Positions 40,401 through 48,874 of a stretch of DNA of 64,000 nt are shown piece by piece. The notes beneath the pieces were generated by a model. The model saw only the letters and a program-made list of their open reading frames with translations. It searched no databases and was not told where the DNA came from. Both the position numbers and the translations under genes were made by a program. Position 1 is the stretch's first letter. The number at the start of each line of letters is the position of its first letter. Source of the stretch: an uncultured virus (IMG/VR IMGVR_UViG_3300008117_000029) (lineage: Duplodnaviria > Heunggongvirae > Uroviricota > Caudoviricetes); the IMG/VR virus record IMGVR_UViG_3300008117_000029, positions 62,001 to 126,000 of that record, one strand, 5' to 3'.

Positions 40401-43186
40401 TGATTCTTCGACAGGAGCATTGACATTATATGTGTTGGAAATAAACGGAACAGGAACATTCAATAGTTGGACAACCAATTTGGATGGTGCAACAGGTGGA
40501 AACGGTTCATCTGGAACTTCAGGTTCATCTGGAACTTCAGGTTCTTCTGGAACATCAGGTTCTTCCGGAACTTCAGGCTCGAGTGGTTCTTCAGGTTCTT
40601 CCGGAACAAGTGGAACATCTGGCTCTTCAGGGACATCAGGTTCAAGCGGTTCTTCAGGTTCTTCTGGAACAAGTGGAACATCAGGTTCTTCTGGAACAAG
40701 TGGAACATCAGGCTCATCTGGTTCAAGCGGTTCATCAGGGACCTCAGGAACAAACGGAACATCGGGAACAAGTGGAACATCAGGTTCGTCAGGTTCAAGT
40801 GGTTCATCAGGAACAAGCGGAACATCTGGCTCTTCAGGGACATCAGGTTCAAGTGGTAGCTCAGGTTCATCAGGAACCTCTGGAACAAATGGAACTTCTG
40901 GGACATCAGGAACAAGTGGAACTTCAGGTTCTTCGGGTAGCTCAGGTTCATCAGGCACAAGTGGAACATCTGGTTCATCTGGAACATCAGGAACATCTGG
41001 TTCGAGTGGAAGTTCAGGTTCTTCAGGAACATCTGGAACAAATGGAACTTCTGGAACTAGCGGAACTTCAGGTTCTTCAGGTTCAAGTGGTTCATCTGGA
41101 ACTAGCGGAACATCAGGTTCTTCAGGTTCTTCGGGAACGAGCGGAACTTCAGGTTCTTCAGGTTCAAGTGGTTCATCTGGGACTTCTGGAACAAACGGAA
41201 CATCGGGAACAAGCGGAACATCTGGCTCTAGTGGCTCATCTGGTTCATCGGGAACAAGTGGAACTTCAGGTTCTTCAGGGACATCAGGTTCTTCGGGTAG
41301 CTCAGGTTCGAGCGGAACATCTGGCACAAATGGTACATCTGGAACTAGCGGAACATCAGGTTCTTCTGGTAGTTCAGGTTCATCGGGCACAAGTGGAACA
41401 TCAGGCTCCTCTGGTACTAGTGGAACATCTGGTTCAAGCGGTTCAAGTGGTTCATCAGGAACATCTGGAACGAACGGAACATCTGGAACAAGTGGAACAT
41501 CTGGTTCAAGTGGTTCATCTGGCTCTTCTGGAACAAGCGGAACATCAGGTTCATCTGGAACCTCAGGCTCAAGTGGTTCCTCAGGCTCTTCTGGAACAAG
41601 TGGAACAAACGGAACATCTGGAACTAGCGGAACTTCAGGTTCTTCAGGAAGCTCAGGTTCTTCTGGAACGTCTGGAACATCGGGTTCATCGGGAACAAGT
41701 GGAACATCTGGTTCAAGTGGAAGTTCAGGTTCAAGCGGAACATCTGGAACAAACGGAACATCTGGAACTAGCGGAACTTCAGGTTCTTCGGGAAGTTCAG
41801 GTTCGAGTGGAACTAGCGGAACTTCAGGTTCTTCAGGTAGTTCAGGGACAAGCGGAACTTCGGGTTCTTCAGGTAGTTCAGGTTCAAGTGGAACTGACGG
41901 AACATCAGGAACAAGCGGAACATCAGGTTCTTCAGGTTCGAGTGGTTCATCAGGAACAAGTGGAACATCGGGCTCTTCTGGAACAAGCGGAACATCAGGT
42001 TCTTCGGGAAGTTCAGGCTCAAGCGGAACATCTGGAACAAATGGAACATCTGGAACATCAGGTTCATCAGGTTCAAGTGGTTCATCAGGAACAAGTGGAA
42101 CATCAGGTTCATCAGGGACAAGTGGAACATCTGGCTCATCTGGTTCAAGTGGTTCGTCAGGAACTTCTGGAACTAATGGAACATCTGGAACAAGCGGAAC
42201 ATCAGGTTCATCTGGAAGTTCAGGTTCATCTTGGCTCATCTGGAACAAGTGGAACATCTGGCTCATCTGGTTCAAGTGGTTCGTCAGGAACTTCTGGAAC
42301 AAATGGAACATCTGGAACATCAGGTTCATCTGGAAGTTCAGGTTCATCTGGAACTAGCGGAACATCAGGTTCTTCTGGAACAAGTGGAACGTCAGGTTCG
42401 AGCGGAACATCAGGTTCATCTGGAACAAGTGGAACATCAGGCTCATCAGGTTCTTCGGGAACTAGTGGAACATCAGGTTCTTCGGGAACTAGCGGAACAT
42501 CAGGTTCTTCGGGAACTAGTGGAACATCAGGTTCTTCGGGAACTAGCGGAACATCAGGTTCTTCGGGAACTAGTGGAACATCAGGTTCCTCGGGAACTAG
42601 TGGAACATCAGGTTCTTCGGGAACTAGCGGAACATCAGGTTCTTCGGGAACTAGTGGAACATCAGGTTCCTCTGGCACAAGTGGAACATCAGGTTCTTCT
42701 GGACTCGGGACAATCAACAACAACGTTAATGACTATGTCCTTACTGCGACAGGAACCGCAGGAACAATCAATGGTGAACAAAACCTTCAGTTTGATGGTT
42801 CAACACTCAAAGTGACTGGTGACACTAATATAACAGGAGCATTAACAGCGGCTTCTAAATCATTCGATATTCCTCACCCTACAAAAGAAGGTTGGAGATT
42901 AAGATATGGTGTGTTGGAGGGTCCTGAACATGGTGTTTATTTCAGAGGTAGAGTTCAAGGAAACGTAATAGAATTACCTCATTATTGGATAGGATTAGTA
43001 AAAGAGGAATCGATTTCGGTATCATTAACACCAATTGGTGTTTCTAATACACACTTTGTTGTCAAAATTGAAGATAATAAAGTCTTCATAGACTCTCAAA
43101 GTTCTCATATCGACGCGTTCTTTATGATAAATGCTGAGAGAAAAGACGTAGAAAAAGTATTACTCGAGTATCGTCCAATAGTATAA
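37486..43186 (+). CDS. Giant proline-free collagen-like (Gly-Thr/Ser-Ser)n fibre protein, ~1899 aa once one extra base near 42231 is removed
   Basis: ORF 37486-42357 reads GTS/GSS/GID triplets up to ...TCA TCT T GGC TCA; the repeat continues in the frame ending at 43186 and ends in a globular KSFDIPHP...LEGPE..VYFRG domain; 5701 nt minus 1 = 1900 codons. Confidence 0.75.
37630..42703 (+). repeat. Degenerate 9-nt coding repeat array (GGA ACN TCN/AGY; GGT TCN TCN/AGY) in three blocks
   Basis: Continuous triplet periodicity interrupted only at ~39442-39580 and ~40237-40500. Confidence 0.9.
42444..42659 (+). repeat. Near-perfect 27-nt tandem repeat x8
   Basis: CATCAGGTTCTTCGGGAACTAG(T/C)GGAA repeated eight times plus a partial copy. 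Confidence 0.85.
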
Positions 43187-43191
43187 GGAAT

Positions 43192-43236
43192 AAAAAAATA
43201 CAAAAACGCACTCAATAAAATGGGTGCGTTTTTTTT
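43192..43236. terminator. Bidirectional rho-independent terminator between convergent fibre gene and glycosylation operon
   Basis: AAAAACGCACTCA-ATAAAA-TGGGTGCGTTTTT with A-tract on the left and T-tract on the right. Confidence 0.8.
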
Positions 43237-43909
43237 ATTTACTATTGTCAATATAAATCATTACTTCGTTATAATAAGGGATAAAATTATCATTCCATAT
43301 TTGCCAAGTTATATCAATTCCATCAAAAGAAATTACTTTAAAGTTAGGAAAAACCCTCAAATACACATCTCTAAAAATTCTGAATTTTTCTTTCATCCAA
43401 GGCTGGCCAAGGTGCCACTCACCAACAATTTTTCTGACATTATTTTTTATCCAAAACAAATTTTCAATTGTGAATATATCATATTCGCCTGATTCACAAT
43501 CAGTTTTAAGAAAGTCAATTTTTTTAATATTATAATCCTCAATTACCTTTGAGAATGTTGTTGAATATAGTTTATAACCACCAGTCAAATCAAAAACATC
43601 AGTGAAATTAAATTCACCTATTGAACTCGAAATACCTTTATTTATTGCGGTTACATTTCCGTGTCTTGTATTTAATAACAAAGTTTTGAATTCTTCAAAA
43701 CTAGGCTCAAAAGCAAATACGTGAGAAGGATTCTTTGATAATATTGAATATGTGAAAGGACCTAAACTAGCCCCAATATCGAAAACAATATCGCCCTCTT
43801 CAACCTCAAAAAATCTTTCGTAAATCCTGTCAACAAATATTTCTTGTTCCACAGTTTCTCTAAAACCATCGTAACATTTAGGTTCCCATATAAAATTTTC
43901 TATACTCAT
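43235..43909 (-). CDS. FkbM-family SAM-dependent methyltransferase
   Basis: VFDIGASLGPF, VFAFEP and IDFLKTDCESGEY motifs; ATG 43909 gives an ATGA overlap with the upstream gene and is preferred over 43966. Confidence 0.85.
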   Translation of the reverse strand: MSIENFIWEPKCYDGFRETVEQEIFVDRIYERFFEVEEGDIVFDIGASLGPFTYSILSKNPSHVFAFEPSFEEFKTLLLNTRHGNVTAINKGISSSIGEFNFTDVFDLTGGYKLYSTTFSKVIEDYNIKKIDFLKTDCESGEYDIFTIENLFWIKNNVRKIVGEWHLGQPWMKEKFRIFRDVYLRVFPNFKVISFDGIDITWQIWNDNFIPYYNEVMIYIDNSK

Positions 43910-46900
43910 TTCAATAAATTTTGAATTTGATTTATTACCATACTTGGTGTTATTGAAGTGTGACACTCAAATTGTCTTGGTGTTCCTTTGTGAATTGGAC
44001 ACCAATCCCAATCACCTTTATCGAACTTGAAGTTGGGGTTATTCCAACATCCATTACAGACTGATTTGTTTATAATTCGGGTGCAGTTTGTGGTAAATTC
44101 GTGGTCGGGTTCAGTAAAATTACTAATCATCACAACGTGTTTACCCATTGCCCAAGACAACCAAGAAAGTCCACTTGATAAACCTATGAAAAATTCACTA
44201 TGATGTATTACATTCATGGTATTACCAATTGAACTATCTGAAATTTGTGTAACATTTCTGAACTCATTTTTTTCTTTTGATACGTTTATTACTTTGAAAC
44301 CTAAATCTACTAAGTAATCAATTAGTTCTTGCCAATATTCTTTTTTCCAAAATTTTAAACCTGAGGTGGAATTGGTTGCGATACTTATATATTTTTCATC
44401 AAAAGGTCTTCGATAAACGTTAAAATTAATTCGTGGTTTTATTTCTTCAAATTCCAAACCTAAGATGTTTGTTGCTGCTTTTTGGAGAGGAATTGTATTC
44501 GGGATTACTGGTTCCATATTTTCATTATAAAACCAACCAATGGAGTATTGTGCATGAATGTCTTTTACAACATTCCCTGGTTCTATGAATTCTATCTCAG
44601 GGTAAACTTCTTTGAATAACTTATTCCAAAATGTGGAAAGAATAATTTTACAATTATGTTTCTTTTGAAACTCCAAAACATAAGGCACCCAAGCAATGTT
44701 GTCACCTAAAGATTTACTATCAAAATTTATAAACACTCTTTTGTCTTTCAAATCTAATTTCGAGTCATATATTAGTGTTTCTTCTTCGTAAACCTTAGTT
44801 CTCCAATTTGTAAAATATTGTCTGTTAAGTTTTACCCAACAGTTGGAATCTATTTTATTTTCATAATGAATTACCCCTTTATCATCAATGAATTGAACCA
44901 AAAACTTAGAACTTGAATCCCCTTTAATTTCTAAAAAAGGTTGTCTTATAAAATATTGAGTAATTTGTATATTATTCTTTGATGATTTTTGAATCTTTAT
45001 ATCCATAGTTTTTAACTTCTCATAAAACTTTTTATGAGATAAAGCAAAGTTCTGAGATTGGTCATGACTAACTTCATAGTCTCTTGAGATTCCATTGTAT
45101 TTTAACTCACGAATTATGTTTGACGTTTTCTCACAATCATCATCAATTGGTGTGATGTATGGTGTAAACATATCATAATATTGTGTAAGATTTCTAGAAA
45201 GAATTTTTAAACCATAAGAAGCGGCTTCCCTAAGAACAAGGGGATTACATTCAATTGTGGAGTTAAATAAAAATATGTCTGATGCTTTCATAAACAAATC
45301 CACATCACTCCTTTCACCCCAAATTTTTACATTTGATGGTAAATTCATCATCAGAGGTTTCCAATAACTTTCGAAATTTGATGCTTGATTTCCTATGAAA
45401 TGAAACTCTATATCTTCACCTTGTAGATATCTTGCGATTTCGATGCCCTCTCCTTGATTTTTTCCTTGAGTCCAAAGTCCAACGTTTATCACATGGGTTT
45501 TATTAAGGTCTAAACCAAGTTTTAACCTTGCGTGTTCTTTTTGTTCTTCGGTAACAAATTTTCGGTCAATAGGGTATTCAAAAAATTCATAATAAGAATT
45601 TTCATTTTTGAATTGAACCTTCGGATGATGGGGAGAACAGAAGGCGTAAGCGTCGGGATGAAAATGTCTATTCTCAGGATTAAAATGAATATTATGACAG
45701 GTCTCGACAATTTTCCAAGTTCTGTTGTTATCAAAAAGTGCATTTAAGACATTTATTGATACTCGATTGAAACTATCAAACCCCTCAAGTATTTCGTCAA
45801 CATGAACAATATCAATTGAATTATCTTTTATAATTTGAATTAACTTCAGAGAATTTTCATCATTATGATTTCCCAAAGTGTTTAATGTCCAATATCTGTT
45901 ATCGGGTATAATTTGTTTTATTTTTTCTTTTTGAACCACATACCAAGTTGAGTAAAGACAATACTCAACAACATATAATTCTACCTCAGGGTAATATTCT
46001 TGTAGGGTTTCGATTCTTTTCAATAAGTAAGCTGGCATACCACCAGTTGAAAGGTGAGGTGCTAAGTATAAAATTCTAAGTTTTTCCTTGTTATATTTTT
46101 TGATTTCATCTACCATCTCTCTCATCATGTTTGGATTTTTTTCACCATGAAAAAACAGGAGATGATTTTTTTCTTCAGGAACTCTTAACCATTCACCGAT
46201 GTGGTTTCTGATACCCTTTCCTTTATATTCTACTTGGGTATACATTTTCTCAACCGTTTCTAATCTCCCATTGACATAGACATAGGGAAGACCCTTATCT
46301 ATATTGTATTTCCATAATAGAACGTTACAAATAGTCTCCTCATTATACGGAGCATAATGACTAACATTTTTCAGGACTTTTGGGTGTGAGCACATCCAAT
46401 ACCATTCCTCCAAAAACTCGATGGTATTTTGACCTGAAACGAAATATCCTGTTTGTCTATAGTTTTTTCTGACCGATTGGTCAACACCAAACAAGACACA
46501 GGTATCGTGTTCCAAAGTTGTTTCCATTCCACCTCCGAATCCTCCTCCTCCACCTCTACCATCGTATTTCAAAAAATCGTATATCCCTTCAACAAAATAT
46601 GGGTGAGATGAATTTTCATCATAATATGAAAATATAGTATCAACGTTAGGGGTTGCGATTGAATCGCTGTCAACATAACAAACAATATTTGAATATTTTT
46701 CTAAAGCATCTTTGATAATCAGAGGTCTTTGAGATAAAATTTTATAAATTATTGGATTTTTTCTATCTATGTAAAAGTTGTCCCTTTCCTTAATATACAT
46801 GTTATTTGAAGTAGGTTCGATATCTATAGACCAATTTAAAGTCTTGGTATTTTCTACTTCAACAGTTCTGTTTGAATTTATTAAATAAACCAATATTGGT

Positions 46901-47595
46901 AGTTTACTAAATTGTCTTATTGATTTTGCACATTCAGTTACAATATCAAAGTAATTTTCGGTTGAATATAAGACATAAGATTTGTCAAATTCAGACTCTG
47001 TTTTGATGTTCAATATAACGTCTTCCTCCAAATAAGTTACATTATAATTTGATAATTGATTTATAATTTTATCTAATTCAATTTTATTTGATGTTTCATT
47101 GTATTCGAATTCAATTTTAGATGCGAAAAGATTATGATTCAGTCTACATTGTTCGAGATACCCTTTTAAAATTATATGTTCATGACCTTCAGTGTCAATT
47201 TTTAAATAATCAATTGAACCTATATTGTATTTTTCTATTAAAGTTTTCCAAGATATAGTTGGGACTTTATCAATTTTTACCAACTTGTTATATGTTTCAT
47301 CACCAATTTTTTTCTTTGTAAATTCATGAGGACCATTAACAGAGTTACATCCTCTAATCCAATAGGGAAGATTGTATTTTTCTAAATCTTTAGATTCTAT
47401 ATGATATATTTCAATAGTATCGTCTGTATCAGAAAGAGCCGCATTGACTTTTTGAACTTTGGGTTTATTAGGTAATCTATCGAGATATTCTGAAATGGGT
47501 TCGATACTGAGTCCGACAGTTTGGTCATCAGCAGATTGAATTAGAGTCATGAAGTCTGATGTTCCGACCTCTATAAAGTTGTATCTTATACTCAT
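43906..47595 (-). CDS. Four-domain fusion: FkbM-like methyltransferase + GT-A (DxD) glycosyltransferase + GT4-like GT-B + Aah/TibC-type protein O-heptosyltransferase
   Basis: FIEVGTSDF/IDYLKIDTEGHE; VCYVDSDSI; YLAPHLSTGG, NVGLWTQGKNQ, ECNPLVLREA; SLGDNIAW, FFIGLSSGLSWLSW and four-Cys CNGCWN...WCPIHKGTPRQFEC as in the TibC iron finger. Confidence 0.8.
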   Translation of the reverse strand: MSIRYNFIEVGTSDFMTLIQSADDQTVGLSIEPISEYLDRLPNKPKVQKVNAALSDTDDTIEIYHIESKDLEKYNLPYWIRGCNSVNGPHEFTKKKIGDETYNKLVKIDKVPTISWKTLIEKYNIGSIDYLKIDTEGHEHIILKGYLEQCRLNHNLFASKIEFEYNETSNKIELDKIINQLSNYNVTYLEEDVILNIKTESEFDKSYVLYSTENYFDIVTECAKSIRQFSKLPILVYLINSNRTVEVENTKTLNWSIDIEPTSNNMYIKERDNFYIDRKNPIIYKILSQRPLIIKDALEKYSNIVCYVDSDSIATPNVDTIFSYYDENSSHPYFVEGIYDFLKYDGRGGGGGFGGGMETTLEHDTCVLFGVDQSVRKNYRQTGYFVSGQNTIEFLEEWYWMCSHPKVLKNVSHYAPYNEETICNVLLWKYNIDKGLPYVYVNGRLETVEKMYTQVEYKGKGIRNHIGEWLRVPEEKNHLLFFHGEKNPNMMREMVDEIKKYNKEKLRILYLAPHLSTGGMPAYLLKRIETLQEYYPEVELYVVEYCLYSTWYVVQKEKIKQIIPDNRYWTLNTLGNHNDENSLKLIQIIKDNSIDIVHVDEILEGFDSFNRVSINVLNALFDNNRTWKIVETCHNIHFNPENRHFHPDAYAFCSPHHPKVQFKNENSYYEFFEYPIDRKFVTEEQKEHARLKLGLDLNKTHVINVGLWTQGKNQGEGIEIARYLQGEDIEFHFIGNQASNFESYWKPLMMNLPSNVKIWGERSDVDLFMKASDIFLFNSTIECNPLVLREAASYGLKILSRNLTQYYDMFTPYITPIDDDCEKTSNIIRELKYNGISRDYEVSHDQSQNFALSHKKFYEKLKTMDIKIQKSSKNNIQITQYFIRQPFLEIKGDSSSKFLVQFIDDKGVIHYENKIDSNCWVKLNRQYFTNWRTKVYEEETLIYDSKLDLKDKRVFINFDSKSLGDNIAWVPYVLEFQKKHNCKIILSTFWNKLFKEVYPEIEFIEPGNVVKDIHAQYSIGWFYNENMEPVIPNTIPLQKAATNILGLEFEEIKPRINFNVYRRPFDEKYISIATNSTSGLKFWKKEYWQELIDYLVDLGFKVINVSKEKNEFRNVTQISDSSIGNTMNVIHHSEFFIGLSSGLSWLSWAMGKHVVMISNFTEPDHEFTTNCTRIINKSVCNGCWNNPNFKFDKGDWDWCPIHKGTPRQFECHTSITPSMVINQIQNLLK

Positions 47596-48530
47596 AATAG
47601 GGTTAATATTTTATTGAAAATTTGTAGAACGCTAGGATGACAAACAAATTCGGATTTTCCTTCTAAACATCCAACTAAAGGTGGGATTCCTCTTATTGAA
47701 CCCCATTCTTTGACACCATATCTCATGTCAGATGCACATGCTATCTTACAATCCCCATCAATATAATGAAATTTATATTCTTGAGAACCGTTTCGAAAAG
47801 GGGCTCTTAACTTCCAATGAACAGAACTACCTAATTGAATGATGTTTGCATCTGTGGTTCCTGCTAAGTGTAACATACCTGAGTCCATGGTGACCGTGCA
47901 AATACTTTTTTGCATTAACCACCAAGTTTGGGGGACATTTGCTTTATTCATTAAATTCAAACCAAGTTTGATAGGGAAATCGAAAACAGGTTTGTCTACC
48001 ATGTGAAAACCTACCTCACTCGATGCCTTCCCCATCGAAACAACAGGAATACCGTAATCGTTTAACATTCGTGTTAATAACTGCCATTTCTCTGCGGGCC
48101 AAGTTCTCGAAGCCCAAGAGGTTACGGGATGTATCAAAACAAACTTTTCAGGTAAACCATCAATTGGCTCCCACTCATCAGGAACGTAATCCATATCACA
48201 TTCCTCGGGTAATAATTGGAAACCCAACCCCGCCGCATGGAATTGTCTTATGTCCATAACATTATGACGTAATCCTAAACCGTATCGGTTTTCTAAATTT
48301 GGTGCAAAACTTACGAGTAATTCGTATTGAGATTCTAAATCATCTCTATTTGTGTTCTTGGTATCAAAGATTTTATCAACATATTTGTTATGTTTGAATA
48401 TTAGTGGATGGTCAGTTAATACTGATATTTTTTTTCCATAAGCAAAATATAGTTTCCTTAAAGAAGGTGTTGCACAAATAGTGTCACCTAATCCATGACT
48501 CAGATGTAAGTCTAATAGAGGTTCTTTCAT
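47592..48530 (-). CDS. GT9-family (heptosyltransferase-like) glycosyltransferase
   Basis: GLGDTICATPSLRKL, LIHP..SWASRTWP.EKW..L and VTMDSGMLHLAG motifs; ATGA overlap with next gene. Confidence 0.8.
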   Translation of the reverse strand: MKEPLLDLHLSHGLGDTICATPSLRKLYFAYGKKISVLTDHPLIFKHNKYVDKIFDTKNTNRDDLESQYELLVSFAPNLENRYGLGLRHNVMDIRQFHAAGLGFQLLPEECDMDYVPDEWEPIDGLPEKFVLIHPVTSWASRTWPAEKWQLLTRMLNDYGIPVVSMGKASSEVGFHMVDKPVFDFPIKLGLNLMNKANVPQTWWLMQKSICTVTMDSGMLHLAGTTDANIIQLGSSVHWKLRAPFRNGSQEYKFHYIDGDCKIACASDMRYGVKEWGSIRGIPPLVGCLEGKSEFVCHPSVLQIFNKILTLL

Positions 48531-48582
48531 GTGATGAAATATAAGAAAGAACTTTAAGAAAATCTATTGACTTAAGATGTAA

Positions 48583-48765
48583 TTATTTTTTCTTGGATTT
48601 TAGTTTTTCCTGTTTGGAATTGTATAAGCGTAACAATTTCAGAGAGTCTTGATAGTGTTTTTCGAGTCTATCTAATTCTTCAAGTGGTGTGTTAGTCTCA
48701 CTTGCAGTATTATACTGTTCTTCAGCCTCTTGAATAATCTTCTTTATCGTTTTAAGAAGTTTCAT
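48583..48765 (-). CDS. Small helical hypothetical protein (60 aa)
   Basis: ATG 48765 (MKLLKTIKKIIQE...) lies 6 nt after a minus-strand TATTTAT (48772-48778); preferred over TTG 48813. Confidence 0.55.
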   Translation of the reverse strand: MKLLKTIKKIIQEAEEQYNTASETNTPLEELDRLEKHYQDSLKLLRLYNSKQEKLKSKKK

Positions 48766-48771
48766 ATAATC

Positions 48772-48778
48772 ATAAATA
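48772..48778 (-). promoter_or_regulatory. TATTTAT motif on the minus strand, possibly driving the small gene and the glycosylation operon
   Basis: ATAAATA on + strand; divergent from the TATTTATA at 48850. Confidence 0.45.
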
Positions 48779-48849
48779 TAGGCTGAGCGTGCCTTTATAT
48801 TGTTTTTAGTCAAACTATATTTTGAATGTGAAAAAAATAAAGTTCAAGT

Positions 48850-48857
48850 TATTTATA
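48850..48857 (+). promoter_or_regulatory. TATTTATA motif, candidate late promoter
   Basis: 17 nt before ATG 48875. Confidence 0.55.
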
Positions 48858-48874
48858 AGGTAAGTAAGTAATTC

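Noticed and set aside
40484..42230. N-terminal ~580 aa (ELQVHLEHQ...) of the 900-aa ORF and other alternative-frame ORFs in the repeat
   Set aside because: Off-frame reading of the repeat; only the part after ~42232 is the real continuation of the fibre
42444..42659. 27-nt repeats as a possible CRISPR array
   Set aside because: Head-to-tail with no spacers, in frame within a coding repeat; no cas operon in the window
37563..42723. Long antisense ORFs (PLVPE/PDEP repeats; 628, 281, 649 and 165 aa)
   Set aside because: Mirror images of the Gly-Thr-Ser codons, which lack antisense stops; they end where the repeat is interrupted
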